Below, piece by piece: positions 38,883-53,322 of a stretch of DNA of 64,000 nt. The DNA lies in contig OX597831.1 of NCBI GenBank assembly GCA_951406725.2, forward strand, positions 2,356,001-2,420,000. Reading direction: 5' to 3'. Each line of letters begins with the position of its first letter. Positions within the stretch are counted from its first letter, which is position 1. The notes under the pieces were generated by a model. It searched no databases, was not told where the DNA came from, and saw only the letters and a list, made by a program, of their open reading frames with translations. Made by a program: the position numbers and the translations under genes. This stretch comes from Octopus vulgaris. Taxonomy: Eukaryota.

Positions 38883-41800
38883 TATATTGGATTCAAATTT
38901 TGGTACAAGGCTAGCAATTTTTGGGGAAGCAGGTAAGTCAGAACATCAAAATAAACGAAATGCTGCTAAGTATTTTGCCTGGCACACTAGTAATTCCACC
39001 TTACAAAGGCCATATATATTGCAATGGGGTGTAGTTTATTATACTAACTCTACTTTTTGGCTGACACTTATTTTTATAACACAGAAGACTAGAAAATATA
39101 GCCGACCTTAGTGGGATTTGAACACAGAGCTAAAGAGATAATTAAAATCCACAAGGCATTTTCTCTAGCATTCTACTGATTCTGTCTATCTAATGATGAT
39201 AATGATGATGAATTTGTAGTCAATTGACTCGGGAGGTGCCTGTATGTGATCACTCAGAGTGCTAGATATAGTCAAATCTTCCTCAAATCACACTTTGCCA
39301 TCTTAAAAAAAAAAGATAACTTTCGATAATGTAGTCCTAAATAGTGAAGGTGCATGGCTTAGTGGTTAGGGTATTCGACTCATAACCTTATAGCTGTGAG
39401 TTCAATTCCCAGTGATGCATTGTGTCCTTGAGTAAGAAACTTTATTTTCAAAGGGCGAGCCTTGTAACATTCTGTGTCAAGCTGAATCTCCATGAGAATT
39501 ATGTTAAGGGTACGCATGTCTGTGGAGTGATCAGCTACTTGCATGTTAATTTCACAAGCAGGCTGTTTCATTGATCAGATCAGATTGGAACCCTTGTCAT
39601 TGTAACCGATGGAGTGTCAGTGTCAGTCCAAAATACACTGCCTAAAAAAAATACAAGATGGCATGGCTGGAAAACATTTGACCATAGACAATATCTGCTT
39701 CATCAGAGCTGACTTGAAGCAAAACAACTAGTTGTATTTTCCTGAACACAAAAGGGTGCAAAGTAAAGTTGGCTCTGCTGGGATTTGAGAATGTAAGAGA
39801 GTATAATGAATGTGTTTAATCTATCAAGTGTAGCAAATAAACATTGAGTTTAGTTACAGTAAGACCTTCAATCCTTTAGCATTTAAACCAGTCTTATCCA
39901 GCCCAAATATTCTACCTATTTCATGTTCAAACTGACCCAGATCTGGTCTCTGCCGTCTACCATACAATATCATTCTAAAATCACAATCATTAAAATCTTG
40001 CAGCTACAATTTTTTATGATTAATTTAACACAATGTGAATAAATAAGTATTACATTTGACTAAGACACAGTAAAAATAGGATTATAGACACCACATTAGA
40101 TATTAGCCAATGGAAGCAGTATTCCCAAATGGCAAACTTTATATCCTGCTTAATGTGAATGTATTATAGGAGTGTCATAATACTTCAGTATTCACTTTGG
40201 GAAAGTCTCTTATACAAGCATCTTACTTTTCCCTTAAAACCACAACTTTATGGTATTTTCACACATTTTTTTTTACTCAGGTATTAAGTCATGTTGTTTA
40301 GTTCCTGATCAATCATATGATAACTGAATCAATGATGAGCTTCCTTTATATACATGGCTTTGTGCCAAATTTCAGAAAACATTTTATCACACATTATATG
40401 TGGTCTCTTCTGAATTTACTATATTACAAGTTTACTGCTGTCTTCTGTGTAACCAAAAACTTATCTTCACATGACTATAGTCATTAACCCAGAGCAGAGT
40501 TTAGTAAAGCATCATGAACAAATTTTTATACCGGTTATATGAGGCTGGTTTTAGGAACACAGCTTGCCAAAATACAGATATTACTGGACAACAATTACAG
40601 CAGTAAACAGGAGTAGTTGCTATTTATCGACATACTTTCCCACAACTTTGTCTCTTTGATTGTGTTGCAGTCCTAGGTTAAGTGCAGACTAAAGTTAGCT
40701 TCAGGAACATTGGCAAGAGCCTACTACACTCAAACTGTTGAAACTATGTGATCGCCATAAAGCCAACTGTTGCATTCGGTTATTCTAGAGAGAATTAGTG
40801 GAGGATATGTGTGACAATAGCCTGGGAACAATTCTGGGCATTGATGAGGACACCTGAGTAGTGACTTTGAGAGGATTTTCAGGTTGGGGATTATAGACAA
40901 TTTCCAAAAGTTCTTGACCTAACAGTACAACATGGAGGCCTAGCCTGTAGAGTTTCAAATAAACTCTACAGCCATAGTTATAGTGCAACTGCCTGCAACT
41001 ATACCTGTCCCACATGCATGCCAAAGTCATCTGGTACCCACTTGTTTAGTGTCTGTACATTGCTGATTTGTGGGGTTATGTTGAAAAGCTGTATTAACGT
41101 ATGGGAGAGATACAAATATCAGCCAAGACATTGTGAAAATTGACCCACTGTGTTTTGTTAAGGATATATAGGTAATCTACCCTTGTCTGGTACTTACGAT
41201 GGAGGAAGTTGTGACAAATACTGTTGAAAGACTGGATGATAAAACTTTTCCTCTAAGGCCAAATTGTTATCTTTAAGTACCTCTTGAAAAGGAAGGTGAT
41301 GATAAAGAGGAAAAGGTTGCTCTCCAGTAAATTTTATTCAAGATGGGTGTGAGAGAAATGAGCTAAACTATGCAACTGTCAGCTGGCAACAAGAACTGAA
41401 AGAAGACAGTTGTCTATAATGCATAGGTACCTTGTGTATTTTGTGGTTTACCCTCCTTTCTATTTTGGTGATCTTTTCCTGTATTTATTTTGTTCTTTAC
41501 TGTTACTACTATTTTTATCTATTAATGTGTTTTATTTTGGATATCTCATCTGTTTGCTTGATCTAAATACCTAATTAGGCAGTTAAGGTGAAATTCATTT
41601 TGTGTTGGGCAAAATGCCTAACATTTTACATTCCAGGGTCAATTCTTACCTTTCACTCTGCAAGGAGTTGATAAAATAAGTAGCAATTAAATACTGAGGT
41701 TTATTTAATCCACAATACTTCAACTCCAAACTTCAAAGTTTTGTGTCAATCTCATAAATCATGTGGCACATGAAAAACATCCAAGTGAGGTCGCTGCCAG

Positions 41801-42576
41801 TGCCACTGGACTGGCTCCTGTGAAGGTGGCACATAAAAAACACCACTTCAGCATGGCTGTTGCCAGTACCGCTCAACTCTCCCTTGTGCCGGTGGCACGT
41901 AAAAAAAAAAAAGCACCAACTTCACTCTCGGAGTAGTTGGCATTAGGAAGGGCATCCAGCTGTAGAAACTCTGCCAGACCAGATTGGAGCCTGGTGCAGC
42001 CCTCTGGTTCGCCAGTCCTCAGTCAAATCATCCAACCCATGCTAGCATGGAAAGCAGATGTTAAACGAGGATGATGATGATGATGAAGTAAAGTGGATAG
42101 CAAAATCTGTAGAATGAAGGACAAATGTAATACATTATTTAGTTGTCTTATTAAACGCTTTGTGTTCAAATCCTGTAGAGGTCAGTTTTATCTTCCATCC
42201 ATCCAGGGTCAATAAAATAAAGTACTAATGAATTACTATTTAGTGTCAATGTAATCAATTAGCTCCTCCCACAAAAATAAACCAATCATGCAATGTACCT
42301 ATGTTAGCAGCAATTATTATAATTATGGTCAAATAGGCCTAGTTTAAACCATGTGTTTGTAAGTTGGCAGCAAGCTGTTTGAAAGGGAATTTGTTTTGAC
42401 ATGTCAAGAAAGATAATACAGGGTTATGTGTGGGATGTTCCAAATTGCTTTATATCCTTGCCTGCAGGTTGGCAGGGTGTCGGGGGCGGGGGGCAGATTC
42501 TTTCTGGTTTTCTTATTCTTTTTTGTTTCTTTTTTTCTTTATAGTTATTGCCAATTTCCCCTTTTTACTCAATGTA

Positions 42577-42717
42577 TAAGGTTGTCCCAAAAGTTCGTAG
42601 AAAGTCTTGGAAAATAATGGTCTTTATTTTGAGGAATAATTTTTGTTGTTTTTGTTAGTACTTGGCGAGTAAAAATTCAATTTTCGCAAGTGTTTACGAA
42701 CTTTTGGGACAACCTAA
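42577..42717. mobile_element. Tc1/mariner-type MITE
   Basis: TA-flanked TIRs AGGTTGTCCCAAAAGTTCGTA / TACGAACTTTTGGGACAACCT. Confidence 0.85.
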
Positions 42718-44358
42718 TATATTCCCTGACTAGTTTTTTTTATTATACTTTTTTTTTTATATTTCATTTTCCCACTGTCCTCAACATTTTGGATTTTTTT
42801 TGGCCAATGAAAGATATGGTATTTAGATTAAACTTTTTAACGAAGGCTTTATCTGATGTTAGAAATACCAAGGTAGGAGAGAAAGAGAGGGGTTTACAAA
42901 GCGTGAATAACGATCATTTTTGAGTTGCCTTTATAAACAACTCTTCAAACATTCTAGATACATTGACTCCATCGGCATAAACATTATACACACACACACA
43001 CAGAGGCATTAGTCGTTGAAGCGGTGGTAATAGACCAACCAGTAAGCGAAGATATGACACTTGAACTACAAAGTGAGGTTTCTATAGTCAGGAAAAGAGT
43101 AAATGGATAGTTTTTAAACAATTCAGAAATTATTTGCGGTCTGATAAACAGCATGAAACTAGTTATGTAATTAATAATGCGGTCGTTCAAGTCAATTAAC
43201 ACCATTCAATCGCACTGGCTTTTAGAGAAAAAAAAAAGAAAAAAGAATAAAACAAGAAAAAAAACTTTCGCTATGAACTTTAAAAAACAATACAAGAACA
43301 TAGGTGCAGGAGTGGCTGTGTGGTAAGTAGCTTGTTTACCAACCACATGGTTCTGGGTTCATTCCCATTGCATGGTACCTTGGGCAAGTGTCTACTATAG
43401 CCTCAGGCCAACCAAAGCCTTGTGAGTGGATTTGGTAGACGGAAACTGAAAGAAGCCCATCGTATATATGTATATATATGTGTGTGTGTGTGTTTGTCCC
43501 CCCAACATCACTTGACAACCGATGCTGGTGTGTTTACGTCCCTGTCACTTAGCGGTTCGGCAAAAAGAGACCGACAGAATAAGTACTAGGCTTCCAAAGA
43601 ATAAATCCTGGGGTCGAGTTGCTCGACTAAAGGCGGTGCTCCAGCATGGCTGCAGTCAAATGACTGAAACAAGTAGAAGAGTAAAAAAGAGTAACATGGT
43701 CGGGGAAAAAGAAAACTAGACATGTCAAAAATATGCAGTCGAACTAAAAAAAAAAACTGTCTAAAACATCAGAAACAACGATAAGATAACATTTTCTCTT
43801 TTCTCCTTCTTTCCTATATCAATAGACACAATCTATGTATACACATGTCGAAATTCCTTGAATTTTAACCAATTTAAAATAAACAAAACTGTGGTCTAAC
43901 TTTAAACAAAATCAACTTGATTTACTCTACTGTCAAAATTTTGACTTTTGTCTCAGGTTCTAAGCTGTGTCCAAGGTTAAGAAAATATCCAACTCTCTCG
44001 CTAAACCCATAAAGTGCATTCGTATATACAAATAGAAATGAACCGCTTTACTAGACTGCGGGTTTACGAGTTTTATTTTTCAAGCACAAGATCCAAATTT
44101 TGAACAAAGTGTAAAAGTTTCTACTACCATAACAAATGCTTCTACGCGTTACCAAGAAATTTATAGAGAGGGAAAAAAAGCTTCTAAGCAAACAATTCTA
44201 GACTTGTTTTTAAAAAGAATTCTACGAGTCCGTCTATGACTGCTTGTGAATCTGCAATCGCGTCTACAAATGATGGTGTGAATGAAAGTGATGCAGAAAA
44301 CGATTATAATAATGTTTTTTATTATAAATTATCTTGACACTTCTTACTTTACATAAAA

Positions 44359-44729
44359 CTAGCAGTATCGCCCGGCGTTGCTCGGGTTTGTAAGGGAAAT
44401 AACTATATAAGCATTTTGAGTTATAGCAAAAAAATGCATTAAAAATGGAATAAAAAATGGTAATTTTTTTTTAAATCGTTGACTCATCGTAGACATTTTT
44501 AGAGTTACTTCCCTTATATAATAGCAAAAAAATGGAAAAAATGATGGTAAATTTTTTTTAAAAACGTAGACTCATCGTAGACGCGCGCTAATACCCAGAA
44601 GGGCTCGATATGAATCACGACTATAAGATACCCGGTTTTGGTTAAACTGCACCGCAAAATGTGGGAGTAGTTAGGAATCTAAATCGTAGGAGACAGACAC
44701 TCAGACAACTTCACTTTTATATATAAAGA
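44359..44729 (-). mobile_element. Non-autonomous Helitron
   Basis: Minus strand starts A|TCTTTATATATAAAA and ends with hairpin CCCGAGCAACGCCGGG then CTAG|T. Inserted in an AT dinucleotide with no TSD. Confidence 0.85.
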
Positions 44730-47700
44730 TATTCTTTACATTCTGTTGTTTTATTGCCATTTATTTACAAGTATCATATATTTTATAGGTAAAATATTTT
44801 TCTGAAAACGAATTACGATTTATAACATTGTTACTATGGGAAATTATTGCTCTGCTTTACGAGTGGTATCTGGGAACAAATTAACTCGTATATATCCACG
44901 CATTACTGTACATAACAAGGTGAACTTTTAACAATGGCCTCCTTAAAGAATCTATGACTATGTAAGAACAGAAGTGGAATAGAGATTGAGTGATCATTCT
45001 TTTCTCTAAAAATCGTTTAAGAGAAAAGCATAGGTATGGCTGCATGATCACAAGCTTGCTTCCCAACCATGTGGTCTTACGTTCAAGTCCCACCGGGTGG
45101 CACCTTTAAATATGAGTGTGTGCGTGCGTATCTAAATATGTGTTTTTGTGTTATGTTTGTCTCTAGTCACCGCTTGACGGCCGATGTTGGTTTGCCTACG
45201 TCGCCCGCAGCTTGGCGGTTCGGCAAAAGACACAGAATTAGTACCAGGCTTTACAAAAAAAAATAAGTACTGGAGTAAATTTGTTCGACTAAACCCTTCA
45301 AGGCGGTACCCCAGCTTAGCCTCAGTCCAATGTCTGAAACAAGTAAAAGATAAACGATAATTGTTTTCTCTACAAAGTATTTTAACATTTCATGAGAGAT
45401 GAAAGTCAAGTCGCCAACTCAGAGGTTTAACTAGTTTCTTAGTGAAGTTTCTCAAATTTAGAAGGGGAAGAGATGAAGAATTGTTATGGGTGACTGCGAC
45501 AAAGAACAGTACACAATTTCATCCTGTCTCCATTATAAATTTGAAAAGCAGTGAGGAAACTACGTTAGCAGAGTTGAGCTAAAAATTTTCCCTGAATCAT
45601 TTAAGACAAATATTATGACCACAATTCAAGGAAATACAATTATATATGTTGAATTTAAAAAGTGACCTCTTTACGCTCGCTCGACGTGCTAAAAATAGTA
45701 TCAAAATGTTTCTCTGTTCACACCTTACTCTAACTTGCAACTTCTTTATTATTAATTTCTAGGAAGGCAGCGAACTGGCAGAATCGTTAGCATGCCAGGC
45801 AAAATACTTGGCATCATTTCTTCCGTTCTGAGTTCAAATTCCGCCAAGGTCGACTTTGCCTAGGAGTTGATGCAATCGTAGTGGAAAGGATTATTAATTT
45901 TGAGGGAAAATTTATAAGATTTTCGCCATCAGCATTCAAACCGACACGAGGAAAGAAAATTTGAAAAAAGTCTGACGGTAGGAAGAATTTAAAAAAGATT
46001 CTTTTATGGTCTTTTAAAACGAAGGACACAAAGATAATGCCTGAAAAAAAAAATACAAGACTTGATAGCCATGCTTGAAACAGCTTTGGACCATAGCTGG
46101 CCTCAGATAGAACAAGAACAACTTGCTAGAAATGTCCTCCAAATCTTCCTCCAGTAACACTCGTTAGATAACGTGGTCCCTAGACAGAGTGGACACAACT
46201 GGAACAATTTTGACCATTGGTCTGCAGGATCAATGGTCGAAATTTTTAGTCCAAATTGAACTTGGACTAAAACTCCAAAAATAATAACAACGTGGACGTA
46301 TATAAAAAGGATGCAAGTAAAACAAAAAAGGACAACTAAAATTGAACCAATTTTGAATAACTTTGAAGGATATCTTGTTTTAACCGAAGTTAGATATGGT
46401 TAAAGGCGTTCCAGCCATGAGCATCCCGTTTTTATTCTGATATTGTATTATCTAGTAGTGCATTATGTAATAAAACCTACACTTTTAAGACAATAGGAAG
46501 CGGTAGTATAAGGGAAATGTGGCTGCTATTTCTAACAGGTCAAGCGACCACATCGAAGTTCCCTCGTTTTAATTACTCCACCCAATCGAGAAGCAACCTC
46601 ATCTGCGCACGTTTTATCTAATAAAGCATCGGCCTTTATTTGGTAGATACACCGTAACTTCTCTGGGTTCAACTTAGCAGTTCATCCTTTCTGGGGGATC
46701 GATAAAATACAACACCAGTGATATACTGAGGGCAAGTTAACCGACTACAACCATACCTAACAAAAGGTTTGTGTCTGTATCAAAAATCAAAATTTTGCAA
46801 GCATCCCGTATTAAGCTATGTAACTAGACATAATGAGTTCAAATCCTTGTCGAGGTCGATTAACTTTCACCAGTTGAATACTGACCTTGATTTCACTGTC
46901 TTTAGCTATTTCCTGTCGCGAGAAAACAGGATAAGTTGTTTGTTCATAGACACACAAATAAACAATATAATTTCGTTTATGGATTTGGTTTGCAAGATTC
47001 TTTATTTGAGTTCGTGTGTTGAAGCATATTCTGTTGTCTGGAGAGAGTCATTTTCTTTTTGCAAGACGCAACGAAAATTTTAGGAAAATAAAAATAAGAA
47101 ATAAGTGGAAATTTTACCGGTGAGTGTGTTAAATTATAAGGCACAAAAAGAAAATGACTCTCCCCAGACACAACAGAATAAACAATAAAAACTATCAGTA
47201 TAAACCAGCGATTTGTAGCCTTTTTGTACTTCGGCGCCGCTTTCACTATTTTACAAACGAACCCGGATCTGCCTTCAAAATGAAAAGATCCACGAACCAT
47301 TACCGTGAAAAAAAAAGATCATTTTAATCAAACAGGCGGCAAAAGTATACGATAGAAATAAGTATTAAGCTTGAAAAAAAAGTTAAGTACTGGGGTCGAT
47401 TCTTGACTAAAAATTCAAGGCGGTGCCCCAGCATGGCCACAGTCTAATGACTGAAACAAGATAAAAGATCCATATTTTCTTATTTTCTATCCAGCATGAG
47501 TCGTCCTGCTAAATTTGTAAGATTACCGAACAAGGTGAATATTGGATCTTCACGCTAGATCAGCCACGGTTTCTGCTCACTGATAAAAATGATCTTCTGT
47601 TTATCAACTAATCCCGACAAAATTGTTTTTGAAACTATGTTTTGGATATAAATATTGTACCACGTTTAAATATTTTATCTCAAAGAAAATTCATAATCCC

Positions 47701-48588
47701 TTGCCCATCGCTACGTTCTCAGTTCAAATTCCACCGAGGTCGACTTTGCCTTTCATCATTTCGGGGTCGATAAAGTTAAGTACCAGTTGAAAATTGAGAT
47801 CGATGTAATTGATTTACGCTCTCCCGAAAATTTGATGGCACTGAACCAAAATTTGAAACCAATATTTTATGACCTAGAATTGACCTTTACCTTGTGTGTG
47901 AAATTGGGCAGATGGAAACTGTATGAAGCCCGTCAGGTGGATTGTACCCGTCATTCAAAAGGCACAGGTTGGATATATACTGTGATATGCTAGCTAGTTC
48001 TGCTTGATAATTACGTGAAGGGTACATATGACAAGAATGTTGGAATTAAGACCCACCGCCACCATCCAACTGACACTTTTAAGGACAACAGGGAACAATT
48101 TGAGGACGATTTGGTTGCTATTTCCTCCAAGGTGAGCTTACCATTAAGAGAACCCCTTATAATTTGGTCGTAAGTTCAATGTACATTGCCACTGCTAAAC
48201 TACAAGCTATCCATTACATAGAGTCCCAGTGAACCTTTGAAAAAGAAAATACTTAGTTCTCGCAAATTTATATGGGAAGGATATAGAGAAATGATATAGT
48301 GCACTACAAGTATTATCTTATGAACACTGAAAAGGTAAGTCAACATGCAGCGGGATTGAACTTGAAACAAAATAATAACATTGCAGGTATCGCATCTGAC
48401 GGTCAGAATCTAGGTCAGCTACGAAGCACCTCTGTTGCCCCGCTCAACCCAAACTTTGGTGAGTGTGTGTGTGTGTGTGTGTGTGATGGAAACTGGAATT
48501 CCGGACTTCAGTAGAATTTAAAAAATTCTTCCCAGGTGCAAATTTTGACACCTGAATCCAAGACGTGTCCTGAAAACACGGCAAACAC

Positions 48589-48623
<35 letters not shown>

Positions 48624-49219
48624 CCCTCAGTAAGAGATTAATGTTGCTTGATGAAACAAAAAAACAAAATTGATATTGGCGGGAATTGAACTCTAAACCT
48701 AAAGTAAAAAGAAAAGAAAAAAAAAAGAAAAAAATATGTAGTCTCCCCAAAATGATAGTAGTTTGCTGAGTTAGTTGTAATTTCTCTACCCAGCCATGTC
48801 AATCTTGTAACTTATCTGAGCTTGCTAAGTAGGTGTGCTAAATATATGTCTTCTATGAAGCCTCTATATGAGAAAGTGTGGGCATGTAGAGGGCATGTGT
48901 GGGCTGTAATTCGTAGCTTATTATGCTGAAATCATCTCAAATTTCTGCCCTTCCTTGTTGATTGAGAAAAGGGAGGTATAATAAACATTGCAATTGATTG
49001 TGTTGAGTGAGAGAAAGGAGAGATGACCACCTAAATAAATGCTTCACATTATCTACACTTGTGTGAGTTCAAATTTCATTGAGGCGGATAAAAATAAATA
49101 CTAGTAATGTACTAATGTTAGTTAGTTGTATCGACGGCTACTGAAACTAGTAAAAAAAAAAACTTTGTTATGTACAATACAAGGAATGTTAAATGTATAA
49201 ATTAGGTTAGAGTTCGTTG

Positions 49220-50660
49220 AAGAAAGACGTGTGCAGGAAGTGGGGAGACTGTTGGAGAAATTAACAAAGAGAGGGGTGAATAGAGAGGAAGACAAGTAGA
49301 GAGATATTAATAAAAAGTTGGTGAATGAAGAGAGAGACAGGGCGGGCGGGGAAGAGAAATGCAGACAGATTATTCAGAAAACAGAGGGAGAATGAAATTA
49401 GACTAAGAAAATGAAGGAAAAAAGAGAGACTTCATGGATGGAAAAAGAGAATAAACGGAGAGTGGGTGAAAGGAGAAAGAGAACGGAGTGGGTAAAAGGG
49501 GAAAGAATAAGCTGAGTGTAGGTAGAGAGCAAGAACATAGATTGGTGAAAGGAGAGAAAGAATAAAGGTTAGAGTGCGTAAGAGGAAAGAGAGAGAGAGA
49601 GAGAGAAACAGACAGGGAAATGCAAAAGAGGGATAGGTAGAGAGAATAAAGGCAGAGTAGGTGAGGGAAGAGATAGCATAAACGAAGAAAGTAGAGAATA
49701 GTGTATGTGTGAGTAGAAATAGAGAATAACTCGGGGGTGGGTGAACAGAGGAAGAATGTAGATCCAAAGTGTTGGTGGGGGGTGTGAATAAAAGTGGAGC
49801 CTACAAAGATATGGAAGACAAACATATTTGTGTGTACGTGTAGGAAAGCAGAGAGGAACAGATTAAAGGTATAAGACAAAACTGAAGGAAAGAAAGAGAG
49901 TAGAGGAAAAGAGGGGAAAAATCATCAAGTCTGAACTTCGCCAAGTTCTTTCTGAAGAAGAGGCATAAGAAAGTAAGAGGAATGAAGAATCAACGAGAGA
50001 TAGAGATGAGGCCAGCATCTGTTTTCTTCACTTGTAAAAAGCAGATGAAAAACAAGGAGGAGGTGAGGTAATTAAGCACGGTAAGAAAACAGAAGTGAGA
50101 TGAGAGATAAAGAAAGAAAGAGAGAGAGGAAAGGAGGAAGAGTTAGACGAAAGACGGAATGAAACTGTAATGGAGATGTACAGAGAGAGAGAGGAGGGAG
50201 GGAGGGACGGGATGAAAGGAATTAACTACATGTATACAGAAATAGCGAGGAGCAAACATTACTAAGGATGTTCCTGATAGAATGGTAGAGGAGGAGGGAT
50301 AGTGGTATAGATGGGAGAAATAAAGGTAAAATATGGGGAGAAAGAGAGAGAGAGAGGAAGAGAAAAGCACTAGAGAAAAGTAGGAGTGAAATCTGCGAAT
50401 ACACGCAGAGAGAGAGGAGGAGGAGGAGCGAGCGAGAGCAACTATGTATCGTCTGCTAGAATAGCAAGATGGGAGTAGCAATAGTAAAGGAGGGTGATGA
50501 ACGATAGAGGAGGAAGGAGAGAGAGAGAGAGAAAAGGAAAGAGTATGGAAAAACTAAGAGCACAGTGGAAGGGGGAATACAAAGAAAGCGTGTAGAAAGC
50601 TAGGAGCACAGTGGGAGAAGAGAGGAAGAGTATGAGGAGCGTGGGAAGCTAAAGATCGTC
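49220..50660 (+). repeat. ~1.4-kb purine-rich low-complexity tract
   Basis: Strong A/G bias on the plus strand with (GA)n and (GGA)n runs. Confidence 0.85.
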
Positions 50661-53277
50661 TGCTACGGAAACATTGATGTGAACAGATGTAGGAGTCGAT
50701 ACAAGAGCGCTCAGTTTAAGTTTTTGGAAAGAGGATAATGGTTGCAGACGACACCCGACTGACAGGCTGTAATGGATAAGTGATGTCCGTAGTGGTCACA
50801 GTTACTGATGTATGGGGCTGGACACTGATGACGAACGACACTACCACACACTACAGATGGCCACTGTACACTGACTGTACTATTAGTAACTGATAACCAC
50901 CGTTTAAATGGCCGTATTAGATACAGATGTCCAATGACTGACTGCGCTATTGGATAAAAGATGATCAGCAACTAAACACTGTTTTGGACACGGATAGCTA
51001 CCAACTGGGGTTCTGCACTGGACATATAAAAAAAAAAAAAAACATGACCACCAATTGATACAGACAACCGACCGGTGGTTATATTAGACACGGATGACCA
51101 GCGACTCTGACCGGTGGTTACACTAGACACGGATGACCAGCGACTGAATACCACCCAAAACAAATGACCGTCGATGTTTGTAGTGAACATGACCACCAAA
51201 ACTGACGGCTATCTTGGTGCAGACGACCACGAAATGGGGGACCGCTGATGGCCGTATTGACATGACTGACCACAGACAATGATCAATGACTAATGATGGA
51301 TGTAGTGGACATAGAAGATTAGGTACAAAGTTCCATTGATAATGGTGTGGCCGTAGCACCATCAGGGGTCGCAGTGCTCAGATGATAGTTATGGTGTTAG
51401 CGGTAGCCGATGCAGTAAATATTCAGTAACCACAATATAATGGTGGTAGTAGTTAGTAAAGGATGTTATAGTATTACTGTAGCAACTACAATACTACAAA
51501 GACTATATAGTAAAAGTAGTATTAGGTTAGTAGTTACAGCACTATTACTACCAGTAGTAGTAATAGTAGTAGTGCTGGTGGTGGTGTCGTAGTAACAGCT
51601 ATACACTAGAGGAGGAGGAGGAGGAGGAGCAAGTGAACGAGGGTGTCTTTCTGTAATAGTTCAACGTGCTAAAAATAGCAGTCAAATATCACTGAAAACC
51701 ACACTGTACGAGGTTTTTTTTTTATCTTTTAAGAAAGAAAAAAAAACACTGAATGATGAGAGATCTTTCATGGGTTCCCTTGTACATAGGTAAAAGACAG
51801 GCTAGTAACGGCTGGACTGGAATGTGCTTTGATCAAATGTCTGCTCAACCAGGATTTGGCCTGGGGCTAATCGGCAACCATGTCAAAGAATGTCAACATG
51901 TCAGTAACGCATCATACATATATATATATGTGTGTGTGTATATATATATATATACACACACACAAACACACATATATATATATATGTGTGTGTGTGTATA
52001 TATTTATACACACATATATATATATATATATATTATGCGTATGTTCTGCCCAGTCATATAAATAAACTGATTACATGGTTTCCCTCCAGTTTCTCTACAA
52101 CCCCGCCACCACCTTCTACTTATCAAACCGCTAAACCTCTCTCTCAACACCATATTTGGACACTGTGTGAGAGTATACAAGATGTGTGTGTGTGCGTGTA
52201 TACAGCCGCATTATTGTGTCTGTCTGCCTCACACTTTGCGTGTGTTTGTTTAAAAGGCGCTGTAATATGTATGTGTGTGTGAGAGGTATGTGTATGCGCA
52301 CACACATACATACGTACGTACATACACACACATGCATTTGAGAGAGAGAGAGAGGGGGGGTTGTTAGATCTCAAGAAGTATAAATTATTATTCAATGCGA
52401 CAATATTTCTAATAAATTATATTTACAACGAAAAAATAGTTGTTCCCACCATTTTAAAAGTACATAAACAAAATATATTTCACATAAAATCTCTTAGCGC
52501 CTTTGAAAGATAATTTTTTTCTTTTTTCTTTATTGGATTTGGAAATGAAAAATATTTTTTTTATTTCAATTATTCCAGTAACATAAGAAAAAAAAGTTTT
52601 GAAGTTAAAAACTTAAAGGCCTACACACACACACACATTAATTACTTGACATACCTACACAAATGTGCCCCACACACACACAACTTTGGTTTCTTCATAA
52701 CTTTCAGAAAAATGGATATTTCTTGATGAAATTTTCTACATATACCTTTCAGGTGGTGTAGATTCCCATTATATAGGAATTTAACGTGATGGGTAGTTGT
52801 AGAGTGGGGGAAAGGAGTTTTGGATAATTCATACAAGTCGACTTTATTTCCTCATAACTTTCAGGAAAAAAAAAGGGGGTACTTCTCAATTACCCGTAAA
52901 TCTAGAAACACTCCACACTTCTATATATTCATGTGTGAAATAAAACTTGAGAGTGGAGCAAAAAAAAAACAACAAAAAAAACATACATATGTATTTAGGT
53001 TTATGAAGAATTATACATACATATATGTAAGTGTAACAGTTGCGTATATATTAGAGAATGCATAGGTATGTATGTGTTTTCTTTTACGACCATACACAGC
53101 CATACAGATTTATTTACAAGGAGAAGGAATTGATTTCCAGCCCTTCATTGCAGATCTCAGAAACAATATATGGGTCGCATAGTGTATGAATTATACGTAT
53201 GAGGAGTAAAAAAATGACTATATATATACGAGCGTATATATAATGTTGAGTTATGTATATGTGTACAGTCGTCTCAC

Positions 53278-53322
53278 CTTGTTGTTGCATGTAATATTCG
53301 AAATGTAAACTTTGATCACCAT
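53278..53322 (-). CDS. SH3BGRL: First coding exon of SH3BGR/SH3BGRL-family protein (MVIKVYISNITCNNK)
   Basis: Minus strand reads ATG GTG ATC AAA GTT TAC ATT TCG AAT ATT ACA TGC AAC AAC AAG|GTGAGA. It resembles the SH3BGRL N-terminus (MVIRVYIAS...) and ends in a phase-0 donor that joins in frame to 10825. An upstream acceptor (ttttctctttgatag) places the exon start at 53356. Confidence 0.9.

Noticed and set aside
46977-47300. ORF containing IVYSVVSGES, superficially like an alternative SH3BGRL first exon
   Set aside because: No suitably placed ATG or donor; the exon at 53278-53322 fits far better.
50825-50870. Other CTGATGA occurrences (also ~18964 and ~35788)
   Set aside because: No stem II plus GAAA or stem I pairing follows, so they are not hammerheads.
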